Origin: Minisyncoccota bacterium
GTDB taxonomy: Bacteria; Patescibacteriota; Minisyncoccia; UBA6257; GWB1-50-10
Direction: 5' to 3'
NCBI GenBank assembly: GCA_040880505.1
Contig: JBBDIH010000132.1
Span: forward strand, 1-34,048
Length of the DNA: 34,048 nt
A program made the position numbers and the translations under genes. Positions 28,271-34,048 of this stretch are shown here, piece by piece (position 1 is the first letter of the stretch; each line of letters opens with the position of its first letter). The notes under the pieces were generated by a model, which did not search any database, was not told the DNA's origin, and worked only from the letters and a program-made list of their open reading frames with translations.

Positions 28271-30067
28271 TTATATTTTCTGTAGATCTACCATTTTACG
28301 AAATATACCTGATACACCAATCAGTTCCTGGTACGTTCCAACACGTTCAATTCTTCCTTTATCTATCACCACAACACGGTCTGCATGTTTGATGGTAGAT
28401 AGTCTATGTGCAATTATAACAATTGTGTACTGTCCCTTTAATTGATCTAGATTATCCTGAATCTCTTTTTCCGTTTCAGAATCTAATGCAGAAGTAGCTT
28501 CATCAAGAAACAGAAAGTCGACCTCCTTGAATAATTCACGGGCAATGGATATTCGCTGTTTTTGACCACCACTTAGATTAATCCCATTACTTCCTAACAG
28601 TGTCTTCTCTTTCTCAGGCAATCCCTGAACAAAGTCGTAAATTCTTGCACGCTTCAAAGCTTTAACAAATCTTTCACGGCTTCCTTCTGAATCATCATCC
28701 CAAAAGGTAACATTATTGTAGATCGTATCACTGAAAATAACCGGTTCTTGTGTAATGTATCCGATTCTTTGTTGAAATGTGGGCATCCGAATCAGTGTTG
28801 AATCCAAACCATCAATTTTCATCATTCCGATGCTGGGAGTTAGTAATCCACTCAAAATGTTCATTAAGGTAGTTTTTCCGGAACCACTTTCCCCAACCAG
28901 AGCGACCGTCTCATTCTTGTGTATTGTTAATCTAATATCATGTAGAACAGGGATATTTCCATAGCTGAAAGAGATATCTTTTAGTTCGATGATCTGATCT
29001 AATGAGGTAAATGGTCTTTCACCTGTACGTTCTCGATCTTTTTTTAACTCGTACGTAAATTCTTCCAGATTCTCGAGAGAACCGGACATTCCCAGAAATT
29101 GATTCCAAGATCGTTGTAGAGACATTACTGATCCCAAAGCACGATAAAAAAATAGGATGCTCAATAAAATGAGACCTAAGCTGCCGCCCAGAAAATTCAC
29201 CTGAATCAAAATAACAGCTACTACTACGCCGATCATCATTGGCTCACGGATACCGGTCATGATAGCACCTAACACTCCAATCTTTCGCTGTGAAGTCTCA
29301 ATACCATAAACCATTGATATTAGTTTTTTTGCATACTTGTTCAGGTTTCCGGTTGCCTTTAAATATTTAAAAAAAGCAACCTTCTGTATTAATAATCCCT
29401 GGAAACGATGATTATCCTGCGTGAGTTTCTTGGAGTACTGTTTTGTGGCTGTATAAAGCCTGTTAAAGAGAAGATTCGTTAAGGCACCACCCACAATCAC
29501 AAGAAGTGCAAACTGTGCATTTGCCATAAAAGCAAGTACAGTATATACCAATACCAACACACTGTACTGCATCAGCCCTATATAGTAGTTTAGAGCAGCA
29601 GAAACTCTTGCAATCTCCCCCGACATAGTATTCTGAATACGGCCGGCATCTGCATTTACAAATGCCTCATAATCATATGTCGAAAGTAAATTAATATTTT
29701 CTTCTCTCAGATTTCGGATGAAATACTGACGATAGATCACACTCTTGTACTGCTCTAAAAATTTCATTAACCCTTTTGCAGTGAAAAAAAAGAGCATGGT
29801 CAGGAGGACGAGGGTTAGATTAAGATTGAAATTGAGTGCTTCCAGACCTTCAACAAGAAATGCCAAATTCCCCATCTGTTCCGATGCAGCACTCCCATCA
29901 GCTGCCACAAATTCTAATAGCGGTAGAAACATCGCTAAGCCAAAGCCGTCCATGATCCCCACCATCAGGCTAAGGGCCAATATCACGAACAAACGGTAGC
30001 TCAAGTGCTTATAGAAATAGGCGAAGTTGGTGAAGGTTTTTGCGATAAAGGTGCGGAGGATGGTCAA
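28271..30067 (-). CDS. ABC transporter permease/ATP-binding fusion (MsbA/PglK-like glycan flippase)
   Basis: N-terminal TM domain; Walker A GESGSGKT, signature LSGGQKQR, Walker B FLFLDEATSALD, AHRLST; TTG start. Confidence 0.92.
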   Translation of the reverse strand: MTILRTFIAKTFTNFAYFYKHLSYRLFVILALSLMVGIMDGFGLAMFLPLLEFVAADGSAASEQMGNLAFLVEGLEALNFNLNLTLVLLTMLFFFTAKGLMKFLEQYKSVIYRQYFIRNLREENINLLSTYDYEAFVNADAGRIQNTMSGEIARVSAALNYYIGLMQYSVLVLVYTVLAFMANAQFALLVIVGGALTNLLFNRLYTATKQYSKKLTQDNHRFQGLLIQKVAFFKYLKATGNLNKYAKKLISMVYGIETSQRKIGVLGAIMTGIREPMMIGVVVAVILIQVNFLGGSLGLILLSILFFYRALGSVMSLQRSWNQFLGMSGSLENLEEFTYELKKDRERTGERPFTSLDQIIELKDISFSYGNIPVLHDIRLTIHKNETVALVGESGSGKTTLMNILSGLLTPSIGMMKIDGLDSTLIRMPTFQQRIGYITQEPVIFSDTIYNNVTFWDDDSEGSRERFVKALKRARIYDFVQGLPEKEKTLLGSNGINLSGGQKQRISIARELFKEVDFLFLDEATSALDSETEKEIQDNLDQLKGQYTIVIIAHRLSTIKHADRVVVIDKGRIERVGTYQELIGVSGIFRKMVDLQKI

Positions 30068-30069
30068 AA

Positions 30070-30101
30070 GGTTTAGGAGTTTAGAGGTTTAGGAGTTTAT
30101 A
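30070..30101. repeat. Four AGTTTAGG-type octamers (single arm) across the wzz-fragment stop and ABC-gene start region
   Basis: ggtttagg-agtttaga-ggtttagg-agtttata; same unit as 2128-2159. Confidence 0.8.
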
Positions 30102-30916
30102 ATCCTTTTTTTAATTGCTGTATATGCAATTCTTGCAAAAAACCAGAAAATTCCCATAAAACCTCCCAGAATAATGGAAGCAACTACGATTAAGTTTGAA
30201 CTTCCAACGGGGGAATGTGGCAAGTTGGGTTTTTGAAGTTTACTGAAAACGGGCGTCTCTTCTTGCAGGCGTAATCGGGAATCTTCAAGCCTTTGTGCAA
30301 GATTGTTGTATAGATTGTAGGTCAGACTTCGTTCGTTTTGGAGTCTTTCTTCTTCGATTCGGGCAAGGGCTGTCATCTGTCCACGGTTTTCATCCTGAAA
30401 CCGGGCTAATGCACGCTGAGCTTCTTCATAGCGCTCTTCAATATCCCGGTACTGATGTTCAACATACTCCAGGTTTTGTCGCGCTTTTTCACTCCGGTAG
30501 TTGATCACATAATCCTGTATCTGTTCAATCAGCAGTGCATTTAACTCAGCAGCAGCTTTTGGATCCGGCATTCGTGCCGATACATTGATAAAGCTCTGGT
30601 CAAATTCAACAGTCACTCTTGTTCGCATTGCAGAGATCGCTCTGCGAACATTTGAGTTTAAAATCAATATTTCCCCTTCTGCATCAATATTAAAATCTGG
30701 TATAGTTTCAGCATCTTCCCTGAACAAGTTTCGAAATCCTCTATAACTTGTGACAGGAAGCCGAAGGGTATAGTTTCTCACCCCTCTGTAAAACCTATCT
30801 CTAAAAGGTTCTTCATAAATATCTATATAATATTCATAGAGCATCACCCTTCGACCCAACGACTCAAACTCCACTTCATTCAACAACAGATTGTGCTGAA
30901 ATTCCACACTTTCTAT
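30089..30916 (-). pseudogene. wzz: 5'-truncated duplicate of the Wzz-like gene
   Basis: Ungapped homology to 32620-33396 at an offset of 2480 bp, beginning abruptly at IESVEFQH; lacks about 110 N-terminal residues including the first TM helix. Confidence 0.85.
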
Positions 30917-30987
30917 GTGTTGACATATGCACAAATTATAAACTTTCCAGGTTTAACTTGTGTCCAGTTAATTAGGGGGCTGGAATG
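30908..30987 (-). mobile_element. Probable IS3-family left-end remnant fused to the truncated wzz
   Basis: Minus strand ttccagccccctaattaactggacac resembles an IS3 IRL, followed by ATG TCA ACA CAT AGA AAG (MSTHRK, OrfA-like start) running directly into wzz sequence. Confidence 0.45.
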
Positions 30988-31068
30988 AAAGCCAAATTTC
31001 CAGTACCGAGTATTCTTTGAACAATAACTTGTCAGAGATTAACACTTCTCAAAATATTCTTCTAATAA

Positions 31069-31910
31069 TTACTTCCAAATCTTCTTTAGATTAATCCCAA
31101 TTGTTTGCTCCAATTCATTATTGTAAGAAGTAAAATACTGCATTAAATATTCCTTAGAGATATTATCAATTTTATGTTTTTGATATGAGCCCAAAGTAAG
31201 ATTAATTTTATTGACAATTCTTGCTAAGATATTTCCATTGGATAAATATTCTCTTGTTACTTTTCTCAAATATGGTGACACTGGAACTTTAGTGGTGTTT
31301 TTAGATGCTTTATCTATATTTATAAACATTTCAGGGTCAATATTCAAAAAGTTAGCTATCTTTTTCAATTCAACAACTTCATCTTCTATTAAATCCTCAA
31401 ATAAGCAAAAATACATTTGCTCTAGCTTAAAATACATAAGGTAATTATTGACCTGTTCAATATAAATACTTCTTTTAATATATTTTTTCCAAATGTTCTT
31501 TTCTTTTCCATCTAACTCATCTTGAACAGCTTGAGAAAATGTTCTTTTTTCAACACCTTTTTTATAAGCATGCATATAATTAGAAAAAGTCCTTGATACC
31601 GGCTCACGAAAAATCCATATTAGTTTAACCTGTGGATTAAAATTGTAAATTAATTCAGGAATTTCAGGAAGATAAGAGTATGTGGGTGTTTTTCTCCAAG
31701 CAAAGCATCCTTCTGAGAACAATTCTGGGTTAATACTTGATAATACCATTCCCGGCCCTTCTTAAAATTAACGGGATTGTTAAAAAAATGAACCTCCTTT
31801 CTGGGAATACAGATTTGTGGATGTTGTCCCATATAATAACCTAGGGAGGAAGTGCCGGATTTCATAGCGCCTACAATAATAAAATGTGGAAAATTAAATT
31901 CAATTTTCAT
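31069..31910 (-). pseudogene. PAPS-dependent sulfotransferase split by a single-base frameshift
   Basis: The 5'-PSB motif GAMKSGTSSL and KEVHFF are in ORF 31650-31910; KTPTY and the 3'-PB motif REPVSRTFS are in ORF 31069-31749. One extra A in the A5 run at 31689-31693 joins them as GEKTPTY. Confidence 0.88.
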
Positions 31911-32295
31911 AAAACTTTTAAATTTTGTTCAACTAATTTAATGACATCATTCATGGGTTTATCAAAATATTCTCTTGAATTATCAGATGGCAATGAATCA
32001 ATCAATGATGCCAGTTCTTACTCCATACTGGAGAATAAGAATTTATTTCTCTACTCACCACCATTCGTAACTGATCCTCAAATCTTTGAGCCATTTAGTA
32101 TGCATATTCTTTAGTATGCATATTCTGAGCTATTAAACCAATGATACTCTCAATTTTATGCTCATTATTAGGGTACTCTTTTAAAATTCTGTGACAAATA
32201 GGAAAAGCTATTAACTCAATTATCCAGTTTCGCCAAACTGGTATCAAAGATTTCATATTTCCTTTCATATATATTGAGCTATTTTCAATAAACAA
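31907..32295 (-). pseudogene. Heavily decayed gene remnant upstream of the sulfotransferase
   Basis: Broken frames with several stops end ...VEQNLKVL*, in an ATGA overlap with the sulfotransferase start; contains a 16-bp tandem duplication. Confidence 0.4.
32094..32125. repeat. Exact 16-bp tandem duplication
   Basis: tttagtatgcatattc repeated twice. Confidence 0.9.
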
Positions 32296-32325
32296 TTATC
32301 TATTAGGTATAAAAAAACAATTTTA

Positions 32326-32565
32326 TCACAATTCCCAATATGAAGGCTCTCCAAATGCAGCACTTATTTTATCACTCTTAGGCAGAGCATAAGGCATGAG
32401 CATTACAAAGATCTCCAGCCTCTCTTTTGGCTCAAGTTCTTTCATTGTCTCAGGCAGATTCTGGATCACTTCCAGCTTAAACTCTTTTCTATTCTTCGTG
32501 TTTTTCTTTTCCCCATAATATAATTGTTGATTAAACACCGCAATATACCTTAACTCAGTGTCCAC
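32326..32565 (-). CDS. Small helical hypothetical protein or gene fragment
   Basis: LPETMKELEPKERLEIFVMLMPYALPK looks protein-like and resembles small Bacteroidota hypothetical proteins (from memory); the N-terminus looks degraded. Confidence 0.35.
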   Translation of the reverse strand: MDTELRYIAVFNQQLYYGEKKNTKNRKEFKLEVIQNLPETMKELEPKERLEIFVMLMPYALPKSDKISAAFGEPSYWEL

Positions 32566-32580
32566 TCAAAAGTAGCAGGT

Positions 32581-33726
32581 TCACTTTTCCTTAATAGCAC
32601 CGAATACATTTTTTGCAAAGATCCAGAAAATTCCCATGAGACCTCCCAGAATTATGGAAGCAATTACGATTAAGTTTGAACTCCCTACAGGTGAATGTGG
32701 TAAGTTGGGTTTTTGCAGTTTACTGAATACAGGGGTCTCTTCCTGAAGGCGTAGTCGGGAATCTTCAAGCCTTTGAGCGAGATTATTATACAAATTATAA
32801 GTTAGGATTCGTTCGTTTTGGAGTCGTTCTTCTTCTATTCGTGCAAGAGCAGTCATCTGTCCGCGGTTTTCATCCTGAAACCGGGCAAGAGCTCGTTGTG
32901 CTTCTTCGTAGCGTTCTTCAATTTCCCGGTATTGTTGCTCAACATACTCCAAATTTCGCCGTGCCTTTTCACTCCGATAATTGATCACATAATCTTGTAT
33001 CTGTTCAATCAACAGTACATTTAACTCAGCCGCAGCTTTCGGATCCGGCATTCGTGATGTCACGTTGATAAAACTTTCATCAAATACTACAGAGACTCTG
33101 CTCTGCATTTCGGAGATTGATCTTCGGATATATGGGTTTAACATCAGTATTTCCCCTTCTGCATCAATATTAAAGTCCGGAATGGTTTCAACCTGATCAC
33201 TGAATACGTTTCGAAATCCTCTGTACAATGTAATCGGAAGCTTGATCGTATAATTCACTATCCCTCTATAAAATCTATCTCTAAAAGGTTCTTCATATAT
33301 CTCTATAAAATATTCATAAAGCATCACCCTCTGGCCTAACGACTCAAACTCCACTTCATTCAACAACAGATTGTGCTGAAATTCCACACTTTCAATAATC
33401 CGGGGATACAGATTTGCAGACAAGGTTCCCGGATCATTCACACCAGCTCCTCCTCCAAACTGCTGAAGCAGCCTCATGTTCTGTGATGTCTGCTGTTGCG
33501 CTTCTTGCAACAATATCGCTTCCGACTCATACTCCTCCGGCCCCGTCAAATAATGAAACAATCCCAGCAAAAAGAACACCAGTGTAAATATCGCAATCGT
33601 TTTACGTCCGTTCCAGATTGTTTCGATCAGGTCTAATAAGTCGATTTCATCTTCATTATTTGGAGAATCGAGATACTGTACAGGAACGTATTGGATTTCA
33701 GGTTTGGGGTCTTGAGCTTTGCTCAT
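32581..33726 (-). CDS. wzz: Polysaccharide co-polymerase / chain-length determinant (Wzz-like)
   Basis: EDEIDLLDLI plus TM helix, coiled coil, proline-rich KPNLPHSP and a C-terminal TM helix. Confidence 0.88.
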   Translation of the reverse strand: MSKAQDPKPEIQYVPVQYLDSPNNEDEIDLLDLIETIWNGRKTIAIFTLVFFLLGLFHYLTGPEEYESEAILLQEAQQQTSQNMRLLQQFGGGAGVNDPGTLSANLYPRIIESVEFQHNLLLNEVEFESLGQRVMLYEYFIEIYEEPFRDRFYRGIVNYTIKLPITLYRGFRNVFSDQVETIPDFNIDAEGEILMLNPYIRRSISEMQSRVSVVFDESFINVTSRMPDPKAAAELNVLLIEQIQDYVINYRSEKARRNLEYVEQQYREIEERYEEAQRALARFQDENRGQMTALARIEEERLQNERILTYNLYNNLAQRLEDSRLRLQEETPVFSKLQKPNLPHSPVGSSNLIVIASIILGGLMGIFWIFAKNVFGAIKEK

Positions 33727-33728
33727 TC

Positions 33729-33759
33729 GGGTTTAGAGTTTAGGGTTTAGGGTTTAGGG
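33729..33759. repeat. GGGTTTA heptamer array (single arm) forming the end of the four-helix-bundle gene
   Basis: gggttta-gagttta-gggttta-gggttta-ggg; encodes LNPKP* and ends 2 nt before the wzz ATG. Confidence 0.88.
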
Positions 33760-34048
33760 AATTGTGTAGACCGCCAATTAAGCCCGTAATTTCTTCCATT
33801 TTTTCACGAAGAATAACATATTCGTCATCTTGTAAATATTTCAATCGCTTTGCTATGATTAATTGACTAACCACTTCAATAGATGAACTGTAAGCTATAA
33901 CATAAAACCGCTTTTGATCTTTTTTACTTTTCCTCGAACTGCCTTCTGCAATATTTGAAGCTATCGATACAGCCGCTCTTCGTATCTGACTTGTCAACCC
34001 ATACTTTTCCTCACTCGGAAACTTCCTGGTAATTCTATAAAGCTCACA
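33740..34048 (-). CDS. Four-helix-bundle protein (23S rRNA IVP / bAvd-like family), 5' end outside the window
   Basis: The frame is open to the window edge: CELYRITRKFPSEEKYGLTSQIRRAAVSIASNIAEGSSR...; FPxxExYGLxSQxRRAAVSIxSNIAEG is the family signature. Confidence 0.93.
   Translation of the reverse strand, partial: CELYRITRKFPSEEKYGLTSQIRRAAVSIASNIAEGSSRKSKKDQKRFYVIAYSSSIEVVSQLIIAKRLKYLQDDEYVILREKMEEITGLIGGLHNSLNPKP

Noticed and set aside
30917-30934. ORF-track N-terminus MCICQH for the second wzz copy
   Set aside because: It lies outside the homology with the intact copy and is a chance read-through from IS-like DNA.
1666-33024. All short plus-strand ORFs and nested alternative-frame ORFs in the track
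   Set aside because: They are antisense or frame shadows of well-supported minus-strand genes or of the IS remnant, with no recognisable motifs.
33729-33759. Plant telomere contamination (TTTAGGG)
   Set aside because: Only 4-5 imperfect units, embedded in-frame in contiguous bacterial genes at two separate sites.
30140-34048. Diversity-generating retroelement (bAvd-like gene, with the wzz repeat as TR/VR)
   Set aside because: No reverse transcriptase in the window; the repeat is about 780 bp and sampled mismatches are not adenine-specific, being mostly synonymous.
33740-34048. 23S rRNA with an intervening sequence
   Set aside because: The flanking DNA is protein-coding (wzz); no rRNA sequence is recognisable.

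Overview
This window is the interior of a bacterial surface-polysaccharide (capsule/EPS/O-antigen-type) biosynthesis locus. Every credible gene is on the minus strand. The protein style suggests an FCB-group organism, possibly Balneolota/Rhodothermota-like (inference). Reading in transcription order (right to left): a partial four-helix-bundle gene, an intact Wzz-like co-polymerase, a decayed AT-rich insert with a frameshifted sulfotransferase, a 5'-truncated second wzz copy, and an MsbA/PglK-type ABC flippase. Next is a Kdn/sialic-acid-like module: short NeuB, CMP-synthetase/HAD-phosphatase fusion, GT29-like sialyltransferase, plus a methyltransferase, a kinase-like protein and a pyruvyltransferase. 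Then follow a complete seven-gene legionaminic-acid-type pathway, glycosyltransferases with Wzy, a third Wzz-like protein, two tandem Wzi-family outer-membrane proteins and a partial WcaC-like GT4. Several IS3-family scars lie at cassette borders. The most unusual signal is a set of 6/7/8-mer tandem-repeat arms sitting exactly on stop/start junctions (2072-2336, 4001-4109, 30070-30101, 33729-33759). Two form long inverted-repeat hairpins whose reading frame stays open, with consensus deviations at would-be stop codons. One arm encodes a signal peptide, and one forms the tail of the four-helix-bundle gene. This may be an undescribed repeat-hairpin/four-helix-bundle element system in mRNA.
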